Shown one piece after another: positions 35,963 to 48,427 of a stretch of DNA of 64,000 bases. The notes below the pieces were generated by a model. That model saw only the letters and a program-made list of their open reading frames with translations. It was not told where the DNA came from and did no database searches. Position 1 is the stretch's first letter; every line of letters starts with the position of its first letter. The stretch covers positions 1 to 64,000 of the forward strand of contig NIVC01001688.1 in NCBI GenBank assembly GCA_002269645.1, given 5' to 3'. Origin of the DNA: Macrostomum lignano (Eukaryota). The translations under genes and the position numbers were made by a program.

Positions 35963-38872
35963 ATGGCTACTGCACACATGCAATCAAGTGCTGTTAGAGC
36001 ACTGCAGCAAGAACTTAAGAGTTTAAATGAGGAGCCAGTCGAAGGATTCAAGGTTAAATTAAAAAATGATGAAAATATTTTCGAGTGGAATGTTGTAATC
36101 TTTGGTCCTCCTGGAACACTATACCAAGGTGGATATTTCAAGGTATGTTATGTTGGCAGCTGGCTATAAAACTTAAAAACTATTTAGAAAATCATGTCAA
36201 TACTCTTTTCTGCTCACATTAGTTATGTTTCATATTTTGTAATACCTGTTTCCTATCTTAGTATCATAAATATGTGTTATGTTTTATTTATTATTTAGTT
36301 AGCTTATTTAATTTAATGCTTTTTACTTTATAATAACTTAATTAATAAGTGGCATTGTTGTATGTAGAATAAAAAGTTATACAATAATATTATAAAAATA
36401 GGCTATTTTCTTGAATCGTTCGTTTAATTCCAACCCCACCACCCTTGAATAGAGGGCGAAGTTCCGGAAATAATTAAACAAATGATTCAAGAAGATTGCC
36501 TAAAAATAAATTATATGATATACTTTGTTTTATTTATTATTAGGCCCTAGAAGCTTACATCTAGTGGATTCTAGGTTAAGTTTCAAATTTGATTCTATTA
36601 TAAAGGTTACTACTAACTAACTAAGTATGGAATCTTTGCATGACAATTTTGTGGAATTTTTGGAACAAAAAGTTATATGCAAATTTTTTATCCAATTTTT
36701 TACTCTAAGCCATGCCATAGTCTAGATCATGCTAATTGCACGCCCAAACAAAATTAAAAATTAAATAATTACAAATGCACACTAACAAATTTGAAAGCAT
36801 GCTTATTCTCCAAACTATCCTAGTATTACTAGAAATTATCTTTTTTACATTGTGACAATAAAAGACTTTTTAAATTACATAATAAGCCTTTTTGGCAAAT
36901 AATTGGAGTAATTTTTTGCTTTTTGGGCAATACTATTTATAGCAGAAAAAAAGATTTATGCAAAGATTTGTTTAATTGCTTTGTTACATGCTAAAAAACT
37001 GGAAAGCTTGAAATTAAAGCTTAAAATGAACTTTTTTCATCTTTTTTCTATTTTTTAATAACTTTTCTAGGATTCTATAAAGTGCGTACCAGGTGTGCAT
37101 GAACTATTTTCTTAGGAGTGATGTACACCAACTGTATACGCCTACTTTTGGCATCCAAGGCCAATGCATATCTAAATTTTTGGGTATATAGTACATGATC
37201 CAAAATTAAATTAAATCTTTTAAATGCAATAACTTTGTTTTATTGTAACAGATAAAATATTCAACATTATCAAATGAAATCCTAAGTTTTTTAAACAAAT
37301 AAAAGCTGCGCGTGTAGACCTTTTAGAGTTGTGCAAGTTGGCCAGTAATGTATGGATAAGTATGAAAGTTTTTGTTAGTGTGCATAGAATATTTATAGGA
37401 TTTTGTACAATTTTTTTTCTTAAGAGGCTATTATTTTAAGTGTGGCCAATTATTATATTAGAGCTAAGTTCAAAATTACAAATACCTTTTTGTCAACACT
37501 AATATATGCATTTTGTCTGTGACCTTCAAAGTATTTTTAATAGGCATATATATTTAGAGAGAGCTATGTCTGCATCAGCTTTGACTTTGTTGGTCATTGG
37601 CCTTCACCCAGATGGAGCTTCTGTACCTTGAGTAGGTTGCACCAGGCGCAACTATGGCAAATATAATATTTTTTGCTAATGACACCTTTATCTTTAAACA
37701 GGCTCTGATGGTGTTTCCGCAAGACTATCCTTACTCGCCACCATCCATATCGTTTGTCTCCAAAATGTTTCACCCGAACATTTACGATGTAAGTTGCCTG
37801 ACTGGTCTGTTCCCTTCAATTCATATTGTTAGAATGTTGGAACAATACCAGACAGTAAGGATTGAATGTGGAATTTCAGGATGGCAAAGTGTGCATCTCC
37901 ATCCTGCACCCACCTGGTGAGGACCCTGTGAGCGGCGAGCTGCCCTCAGAACGCTGGAATCCCACTCAGAATGTGCGCACTATTCTGCTCAGCGTCATCT
38001 CGCTGCTCAACGAGCCGAACACTTCTTCGCCAGCCAATGTGGACGCGTCAGTCATGTTCCGCAAGTGGAAGGAGAACAAGGGCGATGACTATGTCAAAAT
38101 TGTCCAGTGAGACGCCCCTGCTTCACTTCTTTGGGTGGGCCTTTCAATCCGCCCACCCCCAGACTTCAGTCCGCCCACCCCCCCCCCCCAGTTTGGAGGA
38201 CTTCAATCCGCCCTCCCACACTTCAATCCGCCCTCCCACACTTCAATCCGCCCTCCCCCAGACTTCAATCCGCCCCCAGTCTTCAATCCGCCCTCCTCAG
38301 TCTTCAATCCGCCCTCCTCAGTCTTCAATCCGCCCCCAGTCTTCAATCCGCCCTCCCCAGTCTTCAATCCGCCCTCCCCCAGTCTTCAATCCGCCCTCCC
38401 CCAGTCTTCAATCCGCCCTCTCCCAGTCTTCAATCCGCCCTCCCCCAGTCTTCAATCCGCCCTACCGCACGTTCAGTCCGCCCTCGGCTTCCACTTCAAT
38501 CCGCCGCCAATCCGCCTCTCTGCCCCAACCAGGAAGCAGGTGGAGCTAACCCGCAAAGACGCGGACGCGGACGGCATAGTTGTGCCTGTACGAGTCGAAG
38601 ATTACGTTGTGAAATCTCGGACAACTTCGACTTCCGTTGGCGGCGGCAGCGGCGGCTTCGGCGGCGGCAGCCACGCAGATCAGGACAACAACGACTCAGA
38701 CGTGCCATTCGAAGTCTACGACGATCAGATCGACTACGACGATGACGACGACGAAGATGATGAAGAAGAGGAAGACGATGAGGAGGACGGCGGTCGGGCT
38801 GACGGCCGGGCCAACGCCAGACACGCCAAGTTCGAGGACGACGAGGACAGCGGCTCCTTTCATCACGTCTGA
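35963..38872 (+). CDS. CDC34: Ubiquitin-conjugating enzyme E2 R (Cdc34/UBE2R), 277 aa; exons 35963-36142, 37702-37788, 37880-38106, 38533-38872
   Basis: [47 protein letters not shown], catalytic GKVCISILH with the Cdc34 acidic loop [37 protein letters not shown], and an acidic C-terminal tail. All junctions are GT-AG and in phase (0,0,2). Confidence 0.95.
38140..38515. repeat. ~21-mer CTTCAATCCGCCCTCCCCAGT array filling CDC34 intron 3
   Basis: Units read directly; they grade into the acceptor region. Confidence 0.9.
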
Positions 38873-38919
38873 AGTTCGCGATTGTTTTGGCTATTATATT
38901 TGTTCGGCTTTGTTTGTAA

Positions 38920-39880
38920 ATCTGATCCCAGATCCTCAACTCTGATCCCAGATCCCCAATTATGATCCCAGATTCTCATTTCTGATCCCAGATCCCCAAT
39001 TCTGATCCCAGATTCTCATTTCTGATCCCAGATCCCCAATTATGATCCCAGATTCTCATTTCTGATCCCAGATCCCCAATTCTGATCCCATATTCTCAAT
39101 TCTGATTCCAGATCCCCAATTCTGATCCCATATTCTCAACTCTGATCCCATATTCTCAATTCTGATCCCAGATCCCCAATTCTGATCCCATATTCTCAAT
39201 TCTGATTCCAGATCCCCAATTCTGATCCCATATTCTCAACTCTGATCCCATATTCTCAATTCTGATCCCAGATCCCAAATTCTGATCCCATATTCTCAAC
39301 TCTCATTCCATATCCCCAATTATGATCCCAGATTCTCATTTCTGATCCCAGATCCCCAATTCTGATCCCACATCATCAATTCTTATCCCAGATCCCCAAT
39401 TCTGATCCCATATCCTCAATTCTTATCCCAGATCCCCATTCTGATTTCATATCCTCAATTCTTATCCCAGATCCCCATTCTGATCCCATATCCTCAATTC
39501 CTCCCATTCTGATCCCATATCCTCAATTCCTCCCATTCTGATCCCATATCCTCAATTCCTCCCATTCTGATCCCATATCCTCAATTCTTATCCCAGATCC
39601 CCAATTCTGATCCCATATCCTCAATTCTTATCCCAGATCCCCAATTCTGATCCCATATCCTCAATTCTTATCCCAGATCCCCATTCTGATTTCATATCCT
39701 CAATTCTTATCCCAGATCCTCATTCTGATCCCATATCCTCAATTCCTCCCATTCTGATCCCATATCCTCAATTCTTATCCCAGATCCCCAATTCTGATCC
39801 CATATCCTCGATTCTGATCCCAGATCCCCAATTCTGATCCCATATCCTCAGTTCTTATCCCAGATCCCCATTGTGATCCC
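38920..39880. repeat. 20-mer GATCCC-core minisatellite TCTGATCCCAGATCCCCAAT just 3' of the CDC34 stop
   Basis: Units read directly. Confidence 0.9.
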
Positions 39881-40574
39881 AGCTCTTCAAATCTTGCATC
39901 GCCAATCATGCCTACAAGGTACAGTCCAGTTAGAAATGTTCTGCTTGGCTACACTGGGGTGCATATTCAATAATTTGATTTGGGTTGGCAGTGACTGCAC
40001 CCAAGGTCGCGAGTCTGTTGGTATTTATTTGGCTATTTGTTTTTACCCAGTTTTAACCCGCGCCTGTACTGTTTTATGCGCTGTCTTTTTTCCTACTCTT
40101 AATGCGAAATTATTTAAGCTACTTTACGTTTCTCAAATTATAACAATCGAACTGCGACTTGTAACGTTTTGAATTCTCTTGATCTTTTAAGCCTAATGCA
40201 ACCTCGATAGCTTAGAGATTTATCCTTGTGTTCCTTGCTTGTTATAATTAAACACCAAATTTTCAAAGGATGTGGAAAATCGCTCAGATATGTTGGCCTA
40301 TGGTACGATTGTGTATAGAAATACGAGTATTACACAATATTGCTGACACGTGTCATTAGCCAGTATGCATTGTTTTCCTGGTTTTAAATATACGCAACTC
40401 AGTTGTATAATTATATGTATAACTTGATTGGTCCTATTGCCAACTGCATGGCTTAACAGTAGATGACCTTAACTGTACTGTTTGACCTTCTGCCGTTCAT
40501 TCTTTATCATTGATGCCCTAACACTGGGCATGGGTTAATGAGTGCTGTATCTATCTTAATTTCACTGATTTAGG

Positions 40575-42500
40575 TCCGTTCTACTGACGCCAATGATTCA
40601 GGTCACTGACACCAATGATTCAGGTTACTGACACCAATGATTCAGGTTACTGACGCCAATGATTCAGGTTACTGACATCAATGATACAGGTTACTGACAC
40701 CAATGATTCAGGTTACTGACACCAATGATTCAGATTACTGACACCAATGATTCAGGTTACTGGCATCAATGATTCAGGTTACTGACATCAATGATTCAGG
40801 TTACTGACACCAATGATTCAGGTTACTGACACCAATGATTCATAGGTTACTGACATCAATGATTCAGGTTACTGCCATCAATGATTCAGGTTACTGACAC
40901 CAATGATTCAGGTTACTGACACAAATGATTCAGGTTACTGACATCAATGATTCAGGTTACTGACATCACTGATTCAGGTTACTGACACCAATGATTCAGG
41001 TTACTGACATCAATGATTCAGGTTACTGACACCAATGATTCAGGTTACTGACACCAATGATTCATAGGTTACTGACATCAATGATTCGGGTTACTGACAC
41101 CAATGATTCAGGTTACTGACACCAATGATTCAGATTACTGACACCAATGATTCAGGTTACTGACACCAATGATTCAGGTTACTGACACCAATGATTCAGG
41201 TTACTGACATCAATGATTCAGATTACTGACATCAATGATTCAGGTTACTGACACCAATGATTCAGGTTACTGACATCAATGATTCAGGTTACTGACACCA
41301 ATGATTCAGGTTACTGACACCAATGATTCAGGTTACTGACACCAATGATTTAGGTTACTGACATCAATGATTCAGGTTACTGACACCAATGATTCAGGTT
41401 ACTGACATCAATGATTCAGGTTACTGACATCAATGATTCAGGTTACTGACATCAATGATTCAGGTTACTGCCATCAATGATTCAGGTTACTGACATCACT
41501 GATTCAGGTTACTGACACCAATGATTCAGGTTACTGCCATCAATGATTCAGGTTACTGACATCACTGATTCAGGTTACTGACACCAATGATTCAGGTTAC
41601 TGACATCAATGATTCAGATTACTGACACCAATGATTCAGGTTACTGACATCAATGATTCAGGTTACTGACACCAATGATTCATAGGTTACTGACATCAAT
41701 GATTCAGGTTACTGACATCAATGATTCAGATTACTGACACCAATTATTCAGATTACTGACACCAATGATTCAGGTTACTGACACCAATTATTCAGATTAC
41801 TGACATCAATGATTCAGGTTACTAAACACCAATGATTCAGGTTACTGACACCATGCAATGATTCAGGTTACTAAACACCAATGATTCAGGTTACTAACAC
41901 CAATGATTTATCGATTAACAAATCGACTATCTGAATCTGGCCAGAAAATGGAACCCGCTGCTCCAACCGAACCGCTATTCAAATGAATCAGTTTTGGCCA
42001 TAGACATAATCGAGACGGTGATGTGTCTGTGGGTGCAGTGTGGGTATCGTGGAGACGGTGATGTGTCTGTGGGTGCAGTGTGGGTATCGGGGAGACGGTG
42101 ATGTGTCTGTGGGTGTATTGTGGGTATCGGGGAGACGGTGATGTGTCTGTGGGTGCAGTGCAGTGGGTATCGGGGAGACGGTGATGTGTCTGTGGGTGCA
42201 GTGTGGGTATCGGGGAGACGGTGATGTGTCTGTGGGTGCATGGTTACTGACATCAATGATTCAGGTCACTGACACCAATGATTCAGGTCACTGACACCAA
42301 TGATTCAGGTCACTGACACCAATGATTCAGGTCACTGACACCAATGATTCAGGTTACTGACACCAATGATTCAGTTACTGACATCAATGATTCAGGTTAC
42401 TGACACCAATGATTCAGGTTACTGACACCAATGATTCAGGTTACTGACACCAATGATTCAGGTTACTAAACACCAATGATTCAGGTTACTAACACCAATG
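40575..42500. repeat. 22-mer satellite CAATGATTCAGGTTACTGACAC (40575-41890 and 42243-42500), interrupted by a duplicated unique segment and a 40-mer array
   Basis: Units read directly. The 40-mer GGGGAGACGGTGATGTGTCTGTGGGTGCAGTGTGGGTATC occupies ~42012-42240. Confidence 0.9.
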
Positions 42501-42757
42501 ATTCATCGATTAACAAATCGACTTTCTGAATCTGGCCAGAAAATGGAACCCGCTGCTCCAACCGAACCGCTATTCAAATGAATCAGTTTTGGCCATAGAC
42601 ATAATCGTACGACTGGGACACCGCGGCTTTGAAACGAAAAATCAGCTTTAACATTTCTGCCACCCTATAAAGACGATTCCCAAATACTTTTTGTGTGTAC
42701 GATCGCTTAGCGATAAATTGCTCTTCTCCCACTAACTCAACGTTGAATATTGCGACA

Positions 42758-43998
42758 ATGTCAACAGTGTACAGCGCTAGCGGCATGTCTAAGGAGCTCA
42801 GGTTGAGCTGGTGTCAGAGGCAGCTGATTCACTCGTGCCAGCGCCTATCCGAGCTGGTCATCCCGGCCAGCGCGACAACTGTCGGGGTGGCGCATACGAT
42901 GATTCACGACTGTCCTCCAGGCGGGATGGTGTGCGTCGGCCGGGCACTGTGCGACAGCGAGTGGTGCCCCGGGTACTTCTTGATCGGCAGCGGCGCCGTG
43001 GCTGATGAATCGACCTCCATACCTGTGGCCACCGGTCTGCAGCTGTTCGCCGCCTCGTTTGACAGCTGCGTGCGCTGCAAAGACTTCGAGGTTTGAGCGC
43101 GGATTGTTGCTTCTACGGGTCTCTGTGGGTGTACATGTGACTGCTGACTGAACTGCAGTTGAGTGTCTGTGAGTGCAGTTTGGGTATCGGGGAGACGGTG
43201 ATGTGTCTGTGGGTGCAGTTTGGGCATCGGGGAGACGGTGATGTGTCTGTGGATGCAGTGTGGGTATCGAGGAGACGGTGATGTGTCTGTGGGTGCAGTG
43301 TGGGTATCGGGGAGACGGTGATGTGTCTGTGGGTGTATTGTGGGTACCGGGGAGACGTTGACGTGTCTGTGGGTGTATTGTGGGTATCGGGGAGACGGTG
43401 ATGTGTCTGTGGGTGCAGTGTGGGTATCGGGGAGACGGTGATGGGTCTATTGTTGGTGCAGTGTGGGTATCGGGGAGACGGTGATGTGTCTGTGGGTGCA
43501 GTGTGGGTATCGGGGAGACGGTGATGGGTCTATTGTTGGTGCAGTGTGGGTATCGGGGAGACGGTGATGTGTCTGTGGGTGCAGTGTGGGCATCGGGAGA
43601 CGGTGATGGTAAACTCACCATAAAACTTTCAGGTGCTAATCTATACTGGCTTGTTAAATTTCGATATCGACTCACACCACTGGCTGGCCTGGCAGAGCTC
43701 CCGCGAGGTGCCAGACAACGCTCTTATCGCCGGCACCCGCCAGGGTTTGCCAGTGTACGTTGCCCGAACTAAAGTGGGTGAAAACGCCTACGTGATTGGC
43801 GGCTTTGTTCCACACTTGCGCCTGGCCACGTTTAACTATCAGATGCGGCTGCTGCAGCGCAACCGGGACTTTGAGCTGCTTATCATGGGCAGCAGGACTG
43901 GTCTTGAAAAAATGCTTGATCCACCAGCGTCGTACGACAAAGCTCTTGATACTGGTAAAGCGATGAATGGGCAATTGGATTCTTATGTATTTGATTGA
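42758..43998 (+). CDS. DM9-repeat (DUF3421-type) protein with two divergent repeats, ~232 aa; exons 42758-43090 and 43633-43998
   Basis: Exon 2: WLAWQSSREVPDNALIAGTRQGLPVYVARTKVG..IGGFVP..DFELLIM, matching DM9 W..VP.NA..G..P.YV.R...G...YEVL. Exon 1: LSW..IPASATTVG..VCVGRA..WCPGY..KDFE, and the phase-0 splice gag|gt..ttcag|GTG completes DFE-VL. No signal peptide. The start codon is uncertain. Confidence 0.7.
43170..43610. repeat. 40-mer minisatellite filling the DM9 gene intron
   Basis: Same unit as 42012-42240. Confidence 0.9.
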
Positions 43999-44415
43999 TT
44001 TTTTGCTTTTTTCGCTTTGGTCAATTTTAACAGAATCAGTTTAACGACTGTTGATGTGTTGTCATAAATATAAATTACGTGATTCTGTGATGTTCCATGG
44101 AGTGTGTTTCTAGTAAATTGAGCTGATTGAACATCTATACTTTCGGATTTCCGTCTTTGCATTTATTAACATTAACTTGCATTAACTGCTGTGCATTAAC
44201 ACAACACTGCAGTGTATTCCCACTTGACCATATTCCGGTATTCAAACTTTGGCCATCTTCATTCTTCTAACAGGATTTAGGAAATAAAAAGGTTTACAAA
44301 TTAAAATAAAGGAATTGCAAGATTTTAAAGTGGTTATTGACAGAATGAGCTAGAATAACCTCGATTTCCGGTTTTGCTTCTAATATGAGCAGATTAAGTA
44401 AGATAGTAAGCAAAA

Positions 44416-45111
44416 GATACGGCGTAGGAACGTTTCAAAAAGTGGGGGGGGGGCAGGTTCAGTGACGATTTAGGGGGGGGGGGGGGCGGGGCGCCCGCCC
44501 CCGTCGAGTTAGATTTCATATATGGAAAATGCACATGGGGCCTTTTCATATTGCTTGTTCTGGTTCCAGAACCAGAACCAATTTGTGAAGTATAACTTTT
44601 TGTCTCCATAACTAGAGGGAGATACGCGCTATAAAGTTTTTATTATTGAATGACAATCGCCAAGAAGAAAGTGAAAAATTGTGCTAAGAATTAGGTTGTT
44701 AAGGCAGTCAAATATTAACAGAGTTTAATAGTTATACTGCTGTTTTTCTTGGAATTCCGAACCGATTCTGGTTCTGGAATTTGTAATATGAAAAGGCCCA
44801 TGATCATGTACCGATTATTTTCAGAATCCATCTTGTCAGCACTCGTTTTATAAAGCGCCGCAGGCACTCATTTTAGCGTCGCTGCAGCCCCGCATTTTAG
44901 CGCCGCAGGCACTCATTTTGGCGCTGCAGGCGCTATGTTTTGTCGCCCTGCAGCAAAATGCATTCATGCAAAGCAGCAAAAACCAAAAATAAGCAAGAAG
45001 TCTAAATTTTATTTAAAATGTGAAGGGGCCAGATACCATTACTGCCCCCCATTTTAAATAGTGGGGGGGGGCCATTGGCCCCACTTCCCCCCCGTTCCTA
45101 CGACGCCTATG
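44416..45111. mobile_element. Degenerate non-autonomous TIR element (~700 bp) hosting a nested MITE
   Basis: Ends GGCGTAGGAACG / CGTTCCTACGACGCC with G-run/C-run subterminal tracts. Internal GCAGGCACTCATTTT repeats. No clean TSD. Confidence 0.5.
44538..44799. mobile_element. PIF/Harbinger-like MITE, 262 bp
   Basis: Perfect 15-bp TIRs GGGCCTTTTCATATT / AATATGAAAAGGCCC, a 3-bp direct repeat ATG on both sides, and subterminal TTCCAGAACCAGAA inverted. The superfamily call is inferred from the 3-bp TSD and G-rich TIR start. Confidence 0.7.
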
Positions 45112-45610
45112 AAACTTTTTTGTGGTCCAACTCCAGATAGCTTCAATCCTTTCAGCTTGTAGGAGTTTTAAGGAAAAAATAGATTGTATAATTTTTTAAA
45201 CAATTGATTGTGCTTTCATGTTAAAATTAATATTAAAGCATGTAATTAAAAAAAACGGTTTTGCTAAACTTTTGTACCACATTAAAAAAATTATGGTTTT
45301 CTTTTTCTGTTGAGCTCTGCGAGCGTTCAGAGCAGTCAATTTTGAGTGTAGCTTTGCAGTCAGTCCACATGTTCCTATTGTGTCTAATGCTAAACCTAAA
45401 CGCGATGCACATCACATATAAATATTTTTCCTTTGACCTATGCCTATGGCATCCTATGGCTATGGCTAGGCCTATTATCAAATAGACTATTTTATTTTTA
45501 TAGTTTAACTCTTTAAGTTTAGGTTCATATAGAGCCAGAAGGAAACGTGCCATTTCAACAGGTTTATTACATTTTTATTACATTTTAGGCCTACAACTAG
45601 GCTCTTATTA

Positions 45611-45740
45611 GAAGGGCTATCCCAAAAGTAGTGTTACTTTCATTATATCTCCTGTTCTGTTGATCCAAATAACATTTAATTTTGTTTTTATAATTTTATA
45701 AGAGGCAACTTTCTTTTCTCTTATTCAGTTATTATCTTTC
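45611..45740. mobile_element. Partial mariner-type MITE, relative of 48972-49121
   Basis: TA-GAAGGGCTATCCCAAAAGTAGTGTTACTTT matches the left end of the 48972 copy; right end not recognisable. Confidence 0.55.
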
Positions 45741-46364
45741 TCATTTCCTTTCTATATTATCTTTAATATCTTTAAACCAGCACATAGCCTGGATTCATGT
45801 AAGGGGGGACATAGACATCAATCTATCTCCAATGTTAGCAATAGAAACAAAATACAAAGGCAGTCAAAATTCTCCCACTCTACTCTGGGGAGAAAGTCCT
45901 CTTTAAAAACAATGGTAGCAAAAATATTAAAAATTTTGCAGGAGCTTGACTGTAGGGCCTAGACTTATATTAATTCAACAAGCTTGGCTAGCAAAATTTC
46001 AGGGAAGTGCTTATCCCTATAGTCCCATTCCAATAATTCTAATTTTTCACACAAATCTGTGTTGATAATTTCTAGCTTATCCCCACAGCAGCTTATTGTA
46101 ATAGCTGCCACCATTTAAGTCAATAGGAGGCATGTCAAAAATTCCAATTTTATCTATATAGATCCGTGCCTGCGTGCCATAGTCCATTTCATGCTTGGAG
46201 TTACGCCGGAGGAAAAATGATAAAATTTCATCATTTATACCAGACTTATGCCAGCAGCCAGGCTTATGCGCTGCATGCTAGGCATAATTCCTAGACTAGG
46301 GGGGGAGGTGCATGGGGTGCCCATTTGTACAAATATTTTTCATTAAAAAAATATTTATTAGGCC

Positions 46365-46957
46365 CCATAGTCAGGATCATATCATGGTATATGCCGGAAT
46401 AAAAAGTCCCCTAAAAAATCTACGCCACTTCATACTGAAACATACGCCAAGGTCCAAGGAACTTACGCCAGGTTTTCTAGGCTTTGCAACAATAAATGAC
46501 CTTTTTTGCATGTTACACATTTTTTAACAATAAAAATTTAACAAATGTGTGGTTTTCCTTTAAAGTAAATTGGCTTACAGATAATACCAGCAAAAATCAA
46601 TTTTTTGTTTAAGTTTTTTTTAGAAAATCAATACGATTAGTTTGTGTGGAATTTTAAATTTTTATAAATTATGAATAGTTATGAACTTTCATCTTCACTT
46701 ACTCATTTTACAGTTTTTATGATTTTATAATAAGATTTTGAGGTTATGGCATTATGCCAACAATTGTTAATATTAACTTTGGTGTGAAGGTTGGAGTTGG
46801 CGTACGCTGCTCAGCATATTTACGCCATGGCGTCACGCCAAAAGGTACGCCAAATATATTTTGCCTCATTTTTTTATGCCAATTGTACACCAAAAAAGTA
46901 AAATTTTCAATTATACGTCAGAAATTTCCGGCATAATGTACATCATCCTGACTATGG
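46365..46957. mobile_element. Non-autonomous DNA transposon, 593 bp, 8-bp TSD (hAT/P/MULE-type)
   Basis: Perfect 13-bp TIRs CCATAGTCAGGAT / ATCCTGACTATGG, subterminal ATGCCGGAA inverted, perfect 8-bp TSD ATTAGGCC (46357-46364 and 46958-46965), and multiple internal TA(C/T)GCCA motifs. Confidence 0.85.
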
Positions 46958-48016
46958 ATTAGGCCTAATGTTTTTATTTGTATATTATAATTAAAACTTT
47001 ATAAACATATAAGTATAAAAAAAAATAATAATATAGCTTTTGCATTACAGCACGATTTTTTTACTTTAAACTTTGTTTTACTTTTTATAAATACTTAAAA
47101 ATGTATATATATAGTTATTTAAATTCTCTGTTGTATTCAAATACTTGAAATAAGCTATAGTCATTAATGACCATAATCAACCACAGTCAACATTTATTTC
47201 CTTTCAGGGAAATGTGCCAAAAGATCATCTATAATCTATAATTGTTTTTATGCTAGCCATTTACGCTAATCCAATTTTCTATTAATTCTTATGTCAAGCA
47301 TTTATGCCAAGGCTAATTTTTGTCTAGATTTATGCTGGAGATTTCTGGCATCATTTAACTTCCTCATTTCAAACATAAGTGACATAATTTAGTAGGCTTA
47401 GGCTTATATTAAAGAAAACAAAATTTTATTTATAGATAAAAGCCTGTCTAAAAATTTGTTGAAATAAAATTATGGCTTTTGTGATTTTTACAATCAATTG
47501 TTTTTCTTTTTGACAAACTATTTTTTTCGTTTTTTTTGGTCTCAACAATTTCAACTTTTTTACACACTTGTTTTATAGATATAGTGGAACCAAAACTTGA
47601 ATATAGGTATTTTTATGATAATTTTTATTGGCTAAAAAGTACATTTTAATTCAAAGCCTCTTCTCTTAATTAAATAAAAAAGTGCCAGTTTAAATTGCAT
47701 ATTAACTTCTTGTGTCTACTATAGCATTTTTAAATTTAGTTTAGAATTCAAGCATTCATTCTAAGACACTGCAATCATGTTCAGTCAATGCTACTACTTT
47801 TGTCTATGGTCAAAACACTATCTACGAGTATGATCTTTGTCACAACACAAAATTTACTTATTTTGTTTAGTTTAAATGTCTGAATTCAACTGCCCAGTGT
47901 CTTGAGTTTAGTGCTCTCTCGCTGTACACAGTTTTGGCCATAGACAAGTTTCACTCACAAAGCTCGCAAATGCTGTGTTAGTAAACAGTTTTTGATAAAC
48001 ATTGCATGCATAATTA

Positions 48017-48361
48017 ATGGCCCAGAAGGTGCAACTCAGCCAGGAAGAGCTGGCCTCCAAGGAGAAGGAAGAATTTGAGACTGGCCCCCTGAGCGTGCTG
48101 ACCTATTCGGTTCGCAACAACACCCAGGTGCTGATCAACTGCAGAAACAATAAGAAACTCCTAGGCCGGGTCAAAGCCTTTGACAGGCACTGCAACATGG
48201 TGCTGGAAAATGTGAAGGAGATGTGGACCGAGGTGCCCCGGTCTGGCAAGGGCAAGAAGAAGTCGAAGCCGATTAACAGGGATCGCTACATATCTAAGCT
48301 GTTTCTGCGCGGCGATAGTGTCATCTTGGTTCTGCGCAACCCGCTCGCTTCAGGAAAATAA
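48017..48361 (+). CDS. SNRPD2: Small nuclear ribonucleoprotein Sm D2, intronless CDS, 114 aa
   Basis: [84 protein letters not shown] is the unmistakable SmD2 signature. Confidence 0.97.
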   Translation: MAQKVQLSQEELASKEKEEFETGPLSVLTYSVRNNTQVLINCRNNKKLLGRVKAFDRHCNMVLENVKEMWTEVPRSGKGKKKSKPINRDRYISKLFLRGDSVILVLRNPLASGK

Positions 48362-48427
48362 TTCTTACTGATAAACTGTTTGCTCTTCTGTGCTCTGAAC
48401 TGATGCTAAGCTTTAATAATTTCACGT

